64,000 nucleotides of DNA from Dehalococcoidia bacterium (GCA_030608005.1 JAUWIX010000002.1:817-64816), one strand, 5' to 3'. Positions 18,598 through 27,676 are shown, numbered from the stretch's first letter. Program-made: numbers and translations. Notes: generated by a model from the letters alone, not told the origin.

Positions 18598-21069
18598 TTA
18601 CGGTTTATCATCTCCTAGCAATGCCCCCACGGCTGCTGAATGCACTACAATCTCTTCCCCTTCCAGGTCAACTATAGCGGTATCCCCTGCCTTGAATTTG
18701 CCGCGGAGTAAATCTTCAGAAAGTTTATTTTCAACCATATCCTGGATTACCCGGCGTAGCGGTCGAGCCCCGAAGACCTCATCGTAGCCCTTTTCACCCA
18801 GGAAATCTTTAGCGGCATCAGTTACCTCTAGCTTTATCTCCTTCTCAGTCAACTGCTGGGAAACTTGAGCCAGCATCAAGTCAACTATCTTTCGGATGTG
18901 CTCCTTGGTCAATGCGTGGAATACCACCACACCATCAACGCGGTTGAGAAACTCAGGGCGGAAGGTCTTCTTTAGCTCGCCAAGCAGCTTCTCCTTCATC
19001 CTCTCATAGTCCATCTGCTGAGTCTTGGCCTCATCACTGCGGGCAGTAAAACCGATTGAGCTGCCCTTCCTGATTAGCTCGGCACCTATATTGCTGGTCA
19101 TAACAATAATGCTGTTGCGGAAGTCGACCCGCCGACCCTTAGCATCAGTCAGATGACCATCATCAAATATCTGGAGCAGGATATTAAACACATCAGGGTG
19201 AGCCTTTTCAATCTCATCCAGGAGTATGCAGCAATATGACTTACGCCTTACTGCCTCAGTCAATTGCCCGCCTTCGTCATAGCCAACATATCCCGGGGGT
19301 GCCCCGACCAGTCGGGCTACAGCATGCCTCTCCATAAACTCAGACATATCAAGCCTGATTAGGGTGTCCTCACTACCAAACATGAACTCAGCCAGGGCTC
19401 TGACCAACTCTGTCTTACCCACGCCGGTAGGACCGAGAAAGACGAAGTTGCCTATAGGATGCCTCGGGTCCTTGAGCCCGGCTCGGGCTCGTCTTACTGC
19501 CTTAGCAATGGTATTAATCGCCTCATCCTGACCGATAATGCGCTTATGCAGTGCCTCCTCCATATTAAGTAGTCGGCTGGTCTCATCGCTAGCCAACTGC
19601 ACTACCGGAATCCCTGTCCACATACTAACTATTTCAGCGATATTCTCCTCACTTACTACCGGCTTATCCTGTTCCTGCTTGGCTTGCCACTCCTGTTCCA
19701 TCTTCTTTATTTTCTCTTCAATCTGAAGCTCGCGCTGGCGCAGCTCAGCAGCATAGTCATACTGCTGGGTAGCCAGGGCAGCTTCTTTATCCTTACGCAC
19801 ACTATCCTCTGCTCGCCTGGCTTCCTTCAAGGTGATAGGTATAGTCTGATGTTGAATCCTTACCCTTGATGCCGCCTCATCAATCAGGTCAATAGCCTTA
19901 TCGGGCAGGAAACGGTCGGGGATATACCTAGCGGATAATGTTGCCGCTGAACTCAACGCCTTATCACTTATTATTAGCTGATGATGCTCCTCATAGCGCT
20001 CCTTAACCCCGCGTAGGATATCCAGTGTTTCGTCTACGGAAGGCTCCTCCACCAAAACCGGCTGGAAGCGGCGCTCCAGAGCTGCATCCCGCTCTACGTA
20101 CTTACGGTAATCATCAAGGGTGGTAGCGCCGATGCACTGTAGTTCCCCTCGTGCTAGTGATGGTTTGAGGATATTAGCGGCATCAATTGCCCCCTCAGCC
20201 GCCCCAGCACCCACCATAGTGTGAAACTCATCAATAAAGAGCACACAATTACCTGAAGTTTTTATTTCATCAATGACCTTCTTTAGCCGTTCTTCAAACT
20301 CGCCCCGGTACTTTGTCCCAGCTACTACCGCTCCCATATCCAGGGTGATTACCCTTTTCCTCTCCAATGTCTCAGGGACATCGCCGGCTATAATGCGGTG
20401 AGCCAAGCCCTCAACAATTGCTGTTTTTCCCACCCCAGGCTCGCCAATGAGAGCTGGGTTATTCTTGGTGCGGCGGCTGAGAATCTGAATTACCCGCTCA
20501 ATCTCCTTACCCCGCCCGATAACCGGGTCAAGTTTCCCGGCACGGGCAGCGGCGGTTAGGTCAATACCTAACTGGTCCAGAGCCGGGGTGCGACTTGTGG
20601 TGCGGGCGGGTCTGGCTCTAGCTGTACCTTCACCTAGCACACGAGCAGTCTCGGCGCGCGCCCGCTCAAGGGTGATGCCAAAGCTATCTAATACATCAGC
20701 GGCTACCCCTCCCCCCTCACGCAGCAATCCTAATAGGAGGTGTTCGGTGCCAATATAGTTATGACCGAGGTGGCGTGCCTCGTCTATAGCCAGTTCAATG
20801 ACCCTCTTAGCTCTGGTGGTGAGCCCGATTTCACTGGTGCTTGGTTTCTCACCACGTCCAATAATGAATTCCACAGCAGAGCGCGCCTTGCTCAGGCCTA
20901 CACCCAGGTTGGCTAGAACCTTAGCTCCTACCCCCTCCTCCTCCCGCACCAAACCAAGCAGGATATGCTCTGTGCCAATATAGCTGTGGTTGAATTGTTT
21001 TGCCTCTTCTTGAGCTAGAGTGAGAACCCTGCGAGCTCGCTCCGAGAATTTCTCAAATCGGCTGGCCAT
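18598..21069 (-). CDS. clpC: ATP-dependent Clp protease ATP-binding subunit ClpC
   Basis: It has two Clp_N repeats, two AAA+ modules ([16 protein letters not shown]) and a UVR-like middle domain, and is 823 aa. Confidence 0.9.
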   Translation of the reverse strand: MASRFEKFSERARRVLTLAQEEAKQFNHSYIGTEHILLGLVREEEGVGAKVLANLGVGLSKARSAVEFIIGRGEKPSTSEIGLTTRAKRVIELAIDEARHLGHNYIGTEHLLLGLLREGGGVAADVLDSFGITLERARAETARVLGEGTARARPARTTSRTPALDQLGIDLTAAARAGKLDPVIGRGKEIERVIQILSRRTKNNPALIGEPGVGKTAIVEGLAHRIIAGDVPETLERKRVITLDMGAVVAGTKYRGEFEERLKKVIDEIKTSGNCVLFIDEFHTMVGAGAAEGAIDAANILKPSLARGELQCIGATTLDDYRKYVERDAALERRFQPVLVEEPSVDETLDILRGVKERYEEHHQLIISDKALSSAATLSARYIPDRFLPDKAIDLIDEAASRVRIQHQTIPITLKEARRAEDSVRKDKEAALATQQYDYAAELRQRELQIEEKIKKMEQEWQAKQEQDKPVVSEENIAEIVSMWTGIPVVQLASDETSRLLNMEEALHKRIIGQDEAINTIAKAVRRARAGLKDPRHPIGNFVFLGPTGVGKTELVRALAEFMFGSEDTLIRLDMSEFMERHAVARLVGAPPGYVGYDEGGQLTEAVRRKSYCCILLDEIEKAHPDVFNILLQIFDDGHLTDAKGRRVDFRNSIIVMTSNIGAELIRKGSSIGFTARSDEAKTQQMDYERMKEKLLGELKKTFRPEFLNRVDGVVVFHALTKEHIRKIVDLMLAQVSQQLTEKEIKLEVTDAAKDFLGEKGYDEVFGARPLRRVIQDMVENKLSEDLLRGKFKAGDTAIVDLEGEEIVVHSAAVGALLGDDKP

Positions 21070-21104
21070 CCCTTCTCCTTAGGTCTGCTCCTATTTCATA
21101 ACCT

Positions 21105-21134
21105 ATTATAAAGCAACCGAGGTCAAAGGTCAAA
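21105..21134 (-). promoter_or_regulatory. clpC promoter (TTGACC-17-TATAAT) overlapped by a tandem GGTCAAA direct repeat
   Basis: On the minus strand the -35 TTGACC is at 21133-21128 and the -10 TATAAT at 21110-21105, with a 17-nt spacer. On the plus strand GGTCAAAGGTCAAA is at 21121-21134. Confidence 0.55.
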
Positions 21135-21135
21135 A

Positions 21136-21260
21136 GCCTCCTGGCAGTGGCATATTTTCCACAAAGGGTTGCCCCCTCAGTATCGTCTGCGCTGGGGCGT
21201 TTCACTTCCGTGTTCGGAATGGGAACGGGTGGTTCCACCCCGCTCTAACCACCAGAAGGC
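21136..21260 (-). rRNA. rrf: 5S ribosomal RNA (solitary)
   Basis: The reverse complement reads GCCUUCUGGUGGUUAGAGCGGGGUGGAACCACCCGUUCCCAUUCCGAACACGGAAGUGAAACGCCCCAGCGC...CCACUGCCAGGAGGC. This aligns along its length with bacterial 5S, and the ends pair as helix I. The ends are accurate to about 3 nt. Confidence 0.88.
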
Positions 21261-21267
21261 AGCCTCT

Positions 21268-21276
21268 ATTTTAGCA
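21268..21276 (-). promoter_or_regulatory. Extended -10 promoter (TGCTAAAAT) for the 5S rRNA
   Basis: The minus strand reads TGCTAAAAT, ending 7 nt upstream of the predicted 5S 5' end. Confidence 0.4.
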
Positions 21277-21301
21277 CATTTTGTGCAACAAAAAAAGGGG
21301 G

Positions 21302-21460
21302 TGTACTCGTTCATATGATTAGTGACACCTCAACTTTCTGCACCTCACCCCCTTAGTCCCCCTCTCCTTCTAGGAGAGGGGGAGGGGGACAGGGGGATGG
21401 GGTCAATGCTGCAGAGAAACGAAACATAATAATCTGTGTCACCTATCTATCTGAACTAGA
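21302..21460 (+). mobile_element. MITE-like mosaic element (T2 - hairpins - T1rc)
   Basis: It has the ends tgtactcgttcatatgattagtgacac... and ...gtgtcacctatctatctgaactag, which form imperfect terminal inverted repeats. It is an inverted copy of 27545-27676. The direct repeat aggggg flanks it (21296-21301 and 21464-21469). Confidence 0.7.
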
Positions 21461-21513
21461 GCAGGGGGGTAGAGAAGAATAGAGCACAATGCCACAGCTT
21501 GACGGCAAGGGGC

Positions 21514-21563
21514 TTGACAGGGCTAGAAGGTAGGGCTATAATATTTGTTAGAGGCGTCTAACA
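21514..21563 (+). promoter_or_regulatory. Consensus sigma70-type promoter plus palindromic operator upstream of the DtxR-family gene
   Basis: TTGACA is at 21514-21519 and TATAAT at 21537-21542, with a 17-nt spacer. The palindrome TGTTAGA-GGCG-TCTAACA is at 21546-21563. Confidence 0.6.
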
Positions 21564-21580
21564 TCTACCGTGAGAAGCAA

Positions 21581-22060
21581 ATGGAAAGAACACATAGCGC
21601 CAGCATGGAAGATTATTTAGAGTCAATAATTGTGCTCCGTGAAGGGAAGGAGGCGGTCAGGGTAAGCCAAATGAGCAAGGCTCTGGGGGTTAGGATGCCC
21701 AGTGTCACCTCTGCCCTGGGGAAGCTTTCCCAGCAGGGGTTGGTAGAACATAAAAGGTATGGGCGTGTGCAGCTTACCCCTGATGGTGAAAAGATAGCTG
21801 AGGATGTATTTCGCCGTCATGAGGCATTGCGTTGCTTGTTGGCTGAGATACTCAATGTTGACCCTGAGATAGCTGCGGTTGATGCCTGTAAGATGGAACA
21901 CTCTGTCAGTCCGGTTACTCAGGAGAAGCTGGCAAAGTTTGTAGAATTTGTGCTCAGCCGCCCTAATGGGCAGCCAGAGTGGTTGAAAATTTTTCAGCAC
22001 TACTTCAAGTATGGAGAGATTCCTGATGAATCCGTGGCCAGATGCTCAAAGGGGAAATAA
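21581..22060 (+). CDS. DtxR/MntR/IdeR-family metal-dependent transcriptional repressor
   Basis: It has MEDYLESIIVL... (wHTH) and the dimerisation/metal-binding region HEALRCLLAEILNV...ACKMEH. The ATG at 21581 is preferred over the TTG at 21545. Confidence 0.85.
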   Translation: MERTHSASMEDYLESIIVLREGKEAVRVSQMSKALGVRMPSVTSALGKLSQQGLVEHKRYGRVQLTPDGEKIAEDVFRRHEALRCLLAEILNVDPEIAAVDACKMEHSVSPVTQEKLAKFVEFVLSRPNGQPEWLKIFQHYFKYGEIPDESVARCSKGK

Positions 22061-22078
22061 ATATTTTTTTAAGGCTAA

Positions 22079-22100
22079 AAAGTTAGACAAGGCTAACTAA
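22079..22100 (+). promoter_or_regulatory. Candidate DtxR/IdeR-type operator upstream of feoA
   Basis: The sequence AGTTAG-ACAAGG-CTAACT is an inverted repeat. It contains TTAGnnnAGGCTAAC, resembling the iron-box consensus TTAGGTTAGGCTAACCTAA. aGGCTAA half-sites also occur at 22071 and 22110. Confidence 0.4.
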
Positions 22101-22146
22101 TTTCAGGCGTAGGCTAATCGAGTTCAAGATAGACAGGAGGTAATAG

Positions 22147-22380
22147 ATGGCAGTGAAACTATTAACTGAGTTGAAGCCCGGCGAGAAAGGCAGAATCGTC
22201 AAGATTGGCGGCACAGGCAGTATCCATCAGCGGCTTCTGGATATGGGGCTGGTGTCCGGGAGCGAGGTTGAGATGCAGAGGGTAGCCCCGCTGGGAGACC
22301 CCATTGAGATTAGGGTCAAGGGATACAATCTGTCGCTCCGCAAGGAAGAGGCTGCCAGTATACAAGTAGAGGTAACTTAG
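22147..22380 (+). CDS. feoA: Ferrous iron transport protein A
   Basis: The 77-aa protein has an SH3-like FeoA signature (L..L..G..g.I..i......rL.dmGl.pG). Confidence 0.85.
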   Translation: MAVKLLTELKPGEKGRIVKIGGTGSIHQRLLDMGLVSGSEVEMQRVAPLGDPIEIRVKGYNLSLRKEEAASIQVEVT

Positions 22381-22620
22381 ATGATAAACCAAGGAATGCC
22401 GCTAGCCATGGCCCGACCCGGTGAAGTGGTAACGGTAATCGGGGTTAGAGCTGGCTGGGGCTTACAAAGAAGGCTTGCCGACATGGGGCTTACCCCCGGA
22501 GTCCAGATAAGAGTCATAAACAGTCAGATGCCCGGCCCGGTGCTTATTGACCTTAGGGGGACGAGGCTAGCTCTGGGTCGCGGCATAGCCCAGAAGATTA
22601 TAGTTAGAAAAGAGGAGTAA
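22381..22620 (+). CDS. feoA: Ferrous iron transport protein A (second copy)
   Basis: The 79-aa protein has the RRLADMGLTPGVQIRV FeoA motif. It starts immediately after the first feoA stop. Confidence 0.85.
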   Translation: MINQGMPLAMARPGEVVTVIGVRAGWGLQRRLADMGLTPGVQIRVINSQMPGPVLIDLRGTRLALGRGIAQKIIVRKEE

Positions 22621-22622
22621 AC

Positions 22623-23306
22623 ATGGCTAAAAAAGAGATAACTATTGCCCTTGCCGGCAATCCCAATTCGGGCAAGACCACAGTGTTCAACAATTTGACC
22701 GGAGCCCGCCAGCATGTAGGAAACTGGCCAGGGGTAACCGTGGAGAAGAAGGAGGGAAGCTGTAGCTATCAAGGCTATCACATCAAGGTGGTTGACCTGC
22801 CTGGAGTCTATAGCCTTACTGCTTATTCCCCGGACGAGGTTATTGCCCGAAATTTCATCGTTGACGAGAAACCGGATGCGGTGGTGGACATTGTTGATGC
22901 CTCAAATCTGGAGCGAAATCTTTATCTTGCCGTCCAGATTCTGGAGATGGGGGCGCCACTTATCATAGCCCTCAACATGATGGATATGGCTGAATCCAGA
23001 AAGTACAGAATTGATGTTGAAGCTCTGGCTCAGGAAATTGGTGCCCCGGTAGTCCCCATGGTGGCTAACCGTAACCGAGGGACTGATGAGCTACTCAGGG
23101 AAATAGTGAATGTGTTTGAGGGAAAAGCTAATAAGAAAAAGATTAAGTTATATTATGGAAGTGAACTGGAGGAACACATAAACCAGCTGGAAGACCTCAT
23201 TTCTCATGACGAAGAGCTTTCCCGCCAGTTCTCACCGAGGTGGCTGGCAATAAAGCTCATTGAGCAGGATAAGGAAGTGCTCCAGAGGATAGGGGGTAAA
23301 TTATGA
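22623..23306 (+). CDS. feoB: FeoB N-terminal GTPase (G-domain plus part of the helical domain), separate polypeptide
   Basis: It has G1 [10 protein letters not shown]3 DLPG and G4 NMMD. It ends with a TGA inside an ATGA overlap with the next ORF. Confidence 0.85.
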   Translation: MAKKEITIALAGNPNSGKTTVFNNLTGARQHVGNWPGVTVEKKEGSCSYQGYHIKVVDLPGVYSLTAYSPDEVIARNFIVDEKPDAVVDIVDASNLERNLYLAVQILEMGAPLIIALNMMDMAESRKYRIDVEALAQEIGAPVVPMVANRNRGTDELLREIVNVFEGKANKKKIKLYYGSELEEHINQLEDLISHDEELSRQFSPRWLAIKLIEQDKEVLQRIGGKL

Positions 23307-24643
23307 GCCGGGAAGAAATTCTACAAACTAAGGACAAGATTATTACCCACCTCCGAGGCATTTTGGGCGATGATGCCGAAACTATAATTGCTGAGAGAAG
23401 GTACGGTTTCATCAGCGGACTGCTTAAGGATGTTTTAAAGAAACCTCCCATTGAGCGGCTTACCCTCTCAGACAACATTGATAAGGTAGTCGTCAATCGC
23501 TGGCTGGGTATTCCTCTGTTTCTGGCGCTACTGTATGGGGTGTTCCAGTTTGTCTTCACCCTGTCGGGACCATTTATGGACTGGATTGACCAGTTCTTTG
23601 GCTGGCTGGGAGGATATGCTTCTGGCGTTTCTCCAGACTGGCTAGGTTCGCTACTGGCTGACGGTATTATTGGCGGCCTCGGCTCGGTGCTCATCTTCAT
23701 TCCGCCAATATTCTTGTTGTTTATCGCCATTGCAGTTCTGGAGGACTGCGGCTACATGGCTCGGGGGGCGTTCGTTATGGACCGAATAATGCACAAAGTC
23801 GGACTTCATGGTCGTTCCTTCATTCCGATGATTCTGGGCTTTGGCTGCAATATCCCGGGGATTATGGCCTGCCGCACCATAGAGAACCCCAAGGACAGGC
23901 TGACTACTATCTTAATCAATCCCTTCATGTCCTGCGGCGCCAGGCTCCCCATATTCGTGCTCCTGGCGGCTGCCTTTTTCACCGCCAACCAGGGGCTGGT
24001 GGTCTTCTCTATGTACATCATCGGGATTATCGTTGCCATCTTCATGGCACTGGTACTCCGTAAGAGCATTCTAAAAGGTCCCAGTGGCCACTTCGTTATG
24101 GAACTACCGCCTTACCGCCTGCCTACTGTAACCGGGGTGCTGGTGCACATGTGGGAGCGAGGGAGCTTGTTCTTAAGGAAGGCAGGAACCATCATCTTTG
24201 GCGTGGTGGTGCTGGTCTGGCTGCTTAGCAGCCTGCCCTGGGGGGTAGAATACGCCAGTGCTGAGAGCTGGATAGGTCAGATTGGTAGCTTCATTGCCCC
24301 GGTGTTTGCTCCCTGCGGCTTCGGCCAGTGGCAGGCAGCGGTCAGCCTACTCTTTGGCTTCTTAGCCAAGGAGGTAGTGGTCGGCACTATGGGCGCCATA
24401 TTTGCTGTTGAGGAAGGAATTTTAGGTGGGGCTATTGCTGCTCAGCTTGGCTGGACGCCACTTATTGCCTTTGCCTTCATGGTCTTCTGCCTGCTCTATG
24501 CCCCCTGCGTGGCTGCTATCGGTGTCATCCGGGGTGAGACCAACTCCTGGAAGTGGGCTGGGTTTGCCGCCCTCTACACCACCGTAGTTGCCTGGATAGC
24601 TGCCACTCTTATCTTCCAGGTCGGAAGGCTTTTCGTGGGTTAA
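23303..24643 (+). CDS. feoB: FeoB membrane permease domain, separate polypeptide
   Basis: It is 446 aa and polytopic, with gate motifs typical of the FeoB C-terminal domain ([22 protein letters not shown]). Confidence 0.85.
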   Translation: MSREEILQTKDKIITHLRGILGDDAETIIAERRYGFISGLLKDVLKKPPIERLTLSDNIDKVVVNRWLGIPLFLALLYGVFQFVFTLSGPFMDWIDQFFGWLGGYASGVSPDWLGSLLADGIIGGLGSVLIFIPPIFLLFIAIAVLEDCGYMARGAFVMDRIMHKVGLHGRSFIPMILGFGCNIPGIMACRTIENPKDRLTTILINPFMSCGARLPIFVLLAAAFFTANQGLVVFSMYIIGIIVAIFMALVLRKSILKGPSGHFVMELPPYRLPTVTGVLVHMWERGSLFLRKAGTIIFGVVVLVWLLSSLPWGVEYASAESWIGQIGSFIAPVFAPCGFGQWQAAVSLLFGFLAKEVVVGTMGAIFAVEEGILGGAIAAQLGWTPLIAFAFMVFCLLYAPCVAAIGVIRGETNSWKWAGFAALYTTVVAWIAATLIFQVGRLFVG

Positions 24644-24647
24644 AAAG

Positions 24648-24672
24648 AGGGGAAGGAGCGAAGCTCCTTCCC
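24648..24672 (+). terminator. Stable stem-loop after feoB (ggggaaggagc-gaa-gctccttcccc)
   Basis: It has an 11-bp perfect stem with a GAA loop and no clear U-tract. It resembles the GCGAAGC-core hairpin modules of the repeat family. Confidence 0.35.
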
Positions 24673-24736
24673 CGAGCTTGAATTCTGCTCAACCTCCAGC
24701 TATGCTAGAAACCATGTGCCAAGTTTGGAGGTTGAA

Positions 24737-25024
24737 ATGAATTTCTACGGTCTAGCGATGGGTAGCACCATGATACTGGCAGTGGGATTAGGCCATATAC
24801 TCGTTATCAAGTGGGAATATTTTTGGGGAAGTAAATCATGGCCTGGGCTGCTCGCCGTTGGTTCTCTTCTGGTTATAGTGTCTATCCTAGTGGATAACAT
24901 ACTTCTCTCAGGTAGCCTTGGGATTTTGGGAGCTACTCTATTGTGGGGCGTTGTTGAACTCTTCAAGCAGAGGAAGCGGGTTGAGAAAGGGTGGTTCCCC
25001 AGAAATCCCAAGAAAAAGACATAG
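24737..25024 (+). CDS. Small membrane protein (DUF4491-like), 95 aa
   Basis: The SD GGAGG precedes the ATG at 24737. The protein has three predicted TM helices and a basic C-terminus. The family assignment is from memory only. Confidence 0.4.
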   Translation: MNFYGLAMGSTMILAVGLGHILVIKWEYFWGSKSWPGLLAVGSLLVIVSILVDNILLSGSLGILGATLLWGVVELFKQRKRVEKGWFPRNPKKKT

Positions 25025-25064
25025 TGTTTGGTAATTGTCCGAGAGCTTTATCTCATAAGCTAGA

Positions 25065-25871
25065 TTGGGCGATATTGTGGAAATTAACCTACCATTTGCC
25101 ATGCTGCTTACTACCCTGGCTGGGTTATCCACTGGAATAGGCAGCACCATTGCTTTCTTTATCCGGAGACCAAAATACTCCTATTTAGCCGTCCTGCTTG
25201 GCTTCTCTGCCGGCGTAATGCTCTACATCTCTTTCGCCGAACTCCTCAGAACAGCTATCGCAGATGTTGGCTTTCTCACCGCCAATATAGCATTTTTCAT
25301 CGGCATATTGGTTATTGCAGTGATAGATATACTTGTTCCCCATGAGTATGAGGAAGAGCATGTAGAGCGGCGGGAGAAATCAGGCTTGCCCCCAAAGCTT
25401 GCAGCTCCTTCACAGTCAACTCTTATGAGGTCTGGTATCTTTGTCGCACTTGGTCTCGCTATCCACAACTTTCCAGAGGGGTTGGTCACTTTTAGTTGTG
25501 CCGCTACTGGTGATATTGCCTTCGGGATAATGATAGCTGTGGCTATTGCTATCCACAATATTCCCGAGGGCATTTCGGTATCGGTGCCCATCTTTTATGC
25601 CACAGGCAGTCGTCGCCGGGCTTTCACCATATCATTCCTATCGGGGGTAGCTGAGCCTGTGGGCGCTCTCATTGGCTACGCGATACTACTTCCCTTCCTG
25701 ACCCCTGCGCTGCTGTCAAGCCTCCTGGCTTTCGTGGCGGGTATAATGATTTTTATAAGCTTGGATGAAATACTCCCACTAGCTCACCGATACGGTCAGG
25801 AGCACCTCGTCATCATAGGGGTAACGGCTGGCATGCTGGTCATGGCAGTTAGCTTGCTATTGCTACATTAG
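25065..25871 (+). CDS. zupT: ZIP-family zinc transporter ZupT
   Basis: It has AIHNFPEGL and IAIHNIPEGISV motifs and about 8 TM helices. Confidence 0.85.
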   Translation: MGDIVEINLPFAMLLTTLAGLSTGIGSTIAFFIRRPKYSYLAVLLGFSAGVMLYISFAELLRTAIADVGFLTANIAFFIGILVIAVIDILVPHEYEEEHVERREKSGLPPKLAAPSQSTLMRSGIFVALGLAIHNFPEGLVTFSCAATGDIAFGIMIAVAIAIHNIPEGISVSVPIFYATGSRRRAFTISFLSGVAEPVGALIGYAILLPFLTPALLSSLLAFVAGIMIFISLDEILPLAHRYGQEHLVIIGVTAGMLVMAVSLLLLH

Positions 25872-25917
25872 CCTTGGAGAAAAACCGAGCTGCCAGATGT
25901 GAGAGGACTATTACCCG

Positions 25918-26229
25918 TTATTCCTCTTCTTTGCCCCAATTTTGCATTATTTGCTTCAGCCGTTGGGCAAGCTTGGGGTTAGCTCGCAAGCGTTCAATGA
26001 AGACGGGGCATCCTTCCAGCAGAGAGTTTTGGGCGGCAGTTGCCATACTGGAAAGGAGGTTCTGCATACCTAGGTCGGCCTGTTGCGAGATATTCATCCC
26101 TGGTGCTGAGGATTCTAGCTGACGGCGGATGTCCTCGGCGGTGAACTTCATCGGTGCCACACAGGACTTATACCAGGGGCAATCCTTGCACTGGACTATA
26201 GCATAGGCTTCATCTAAAACGTCACCCAT
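25918..26229 (-). CDS. Hypothetical Cys-containing protein (103 aa)
   Basis: The ORF has a CKDCPWYKSC motif plus a distal EGCPVF. It lies immediately downstream of tlpA/ccdA on the same strand. Confidence 0.4.
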   Translation of the reverse strand: MGDVLDEAYAIVQCKDCPWYKSCVAPMKFTAEDIRRQLESSAPGMNISQQADLGMQNLLSSMATAAQNSLLEGCPVFIERLRANPKLAQRLKQIMQNWGKEEE

Positions 26230-26240
26230 ATCAACCTCCT

Positions 26241-26747
26241 TTACTTTGTAATTGCGAGCTTACTCAGGCTACTTTCTATTTCCCCCTTGCTCTGGAAAGC
26301 ACCAACCTTCATATCTTGAATTATGCCATCTCTATCAATGAAAAAGCTAGTAGGAATGGCTCGGATGCTGTATCGTTCGGCTATCTTTCCTTCCATATCC
26401 AGTAGTACCGGAAAGGAAAGCCTCTGACTTTGCATAAACTCCGCCACTTGGGAAGGGCTCTCGCCAATATTGATAGCCAGCAATACCAGCCCCTTATCTG
26501 ACCATTCATCATAAATCTGCTGTAAATAGGGCATTTCCATGCGGCAGGGGGGACACCGGATTTGCCAGAAGTTGATTAGCACTGGCTTACCCTTAAGGTT
26601 GCTGAGGGAAGTGGGTTGTCCGTCAAGAGTATTAAGCTGAAAGTCGGGCGCTGGCTTGCCTACCTCTGGAGCCTCAGATTGACAGGAAGTCGTTATTGAG
26701 CCCAGAACAATCAGTATCACCAGTATTACTTTTAGCATTTTATTCAT
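26241..26747 (-). CDS. TlpA/ResA-like thiol:disulfide oxidoreductase (secreted thioredoxin fold)
   Basis: It has a signal/lipobox-like N-terminus and the active site FWQIRCPPCRMEMP. Confidence 0.8.
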   Translation of the reverse strand: MNKMLKVILVILIVLGSITTSCQSEAPEVGKPAPDFQLNTLDGQPTSLSNLKGKPVLINFWQIRCPPCRMEMPYLQQIYDEWSDKGLVLLAINIGESPSQVAEFMQSQRLSFPVLLDMEGKIAERYSIRAIPTSFFIDRDGIIQDMKVGAFQSKGEIESSLSKLAITK

Positions 26748-26783
26748 GATTAACCCCTTCTAATTTTACCTCTAAATTGTATC

Positions 26784-27464
26784 CTAAAACCAGGTCAGGG
26801 TGTTGGTCAGGATAAGTATACCTACGGCTATAAGCAGTAAGCCGCTAACAATATAGCTCCAGGTGGAGTAACGGTGGACACGCTTTAACAGTGGTCTAAT
26901 GGAATCAAAGGTCACTCCTATAACGAGGAAGGGGAGCCCTAATCCTAGGGAATAGGTAGCCAAGAGGTAAGCTCCACGCCAGGCTGTTTCTGAACTCCAG
27001 GCAAGGGTCAGGATGCCTCCCAGTATGGGACCAACGCAGGGAGTCCAGGCTAGGGAAAATATGGCTCCGATGAGGAGGGAGCGTAGGTAACCGGCAGTGG
27101 TACCCAGGGTTGGAGCCAGCCGCCTCTCATAATTTAGCCACGGGATTTTTAGGGCAGCAAGCAGGAACAATCCAAAGGCTATCAGTAGGCTGCCGGCTAT
27201 TTTGTGGATTAGAGCTAGATTAGTGCTGAGGGCAAACCCAGCCAACCCAGCACCGGCACCCAGGATAATAAAAACCAGGGAAAAGCCAGCAACAAAGCTA
27301 AAGGAGTGGAAGAATATGGGGACACGACCTCTGCCAGCCCCTGACTCAAGTATTTCAGGTCCGCATACGCTAGCTAGGTATACTGGAACTAGCGGCAGCA
27401 CGCAGGGGGATAGGAAAGACAGTAGCCCGGCACCGAAGGCAACTAAAAGTGATACCTGTTCCAT
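26784..27464 (-). CDS. ccdA: Cytochrome c biogenesis/thiol-reductant transfer membrane protein CcdA (DsbD-beta family)
   Basis: It has six TM helices and conserved Cys in LSPCVLPLVP and WTPCVGPILG. Confidence 0.85.
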   Translation of the reverse strand: MEQVSLLVAFGAGLLSFLSPCVLPLVPVYLASVCGPEILESGAGRGRVPIFFHSFSFVAGFSLVFIILGAGAGLAGFALSTNLALIHKIAGSLLIAFGLFLLAALKIPWLNYERRLAPTLGTTAGYLRSLLIGAIFSLAWTPCVGPILGGILTLAWSSETAWRGAYLLATYSLGLGLPFLVIGVTFDSIRPLLKRVHRYSTWSYIVSGLLLIAVGILILTNTLTWF

Positions 27465-27544
27465 CTTCTACCTGCAATCAATAAGCTTAATGCTAATCAA
27501 TTTGACCCGAAATATCAAGCTAGTCAGCGTTATTCAGAGCAGGT

Positions 27545-27676
27545 GAGCTAGTTCAGATAGATAGGTGACGCAGATTATCATGTTTCGTTTCTCCGCAGCA
27601 TTGACCCCCTTCCCCTAGAGGGGAAGGGGGTGAGGTGTAGAAAGTTGAGGTGTCACTAATCATATGAACGAGTACA
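27545..27676 (-). mobile_element. MITE-like mosaic element (inverted copy of 21302-21460)
   Basis: The T1 end gagctagttcagatagataggtgacgcagattatcatgtttcgtttctc is followed by one ccttcccctagaggggaaggg hairpin and the T2 end. The direct repeat gcaggt flanks it (27539-27544 and 27677-27682). Confidence 0.7.

Noticed and set aside
21053-21238. 61-aa ORF on the minus strand
   Set aside because: It lies entirely over the 5S rRNA gene and the clpC promoter. The RNA identity explains the sequence.
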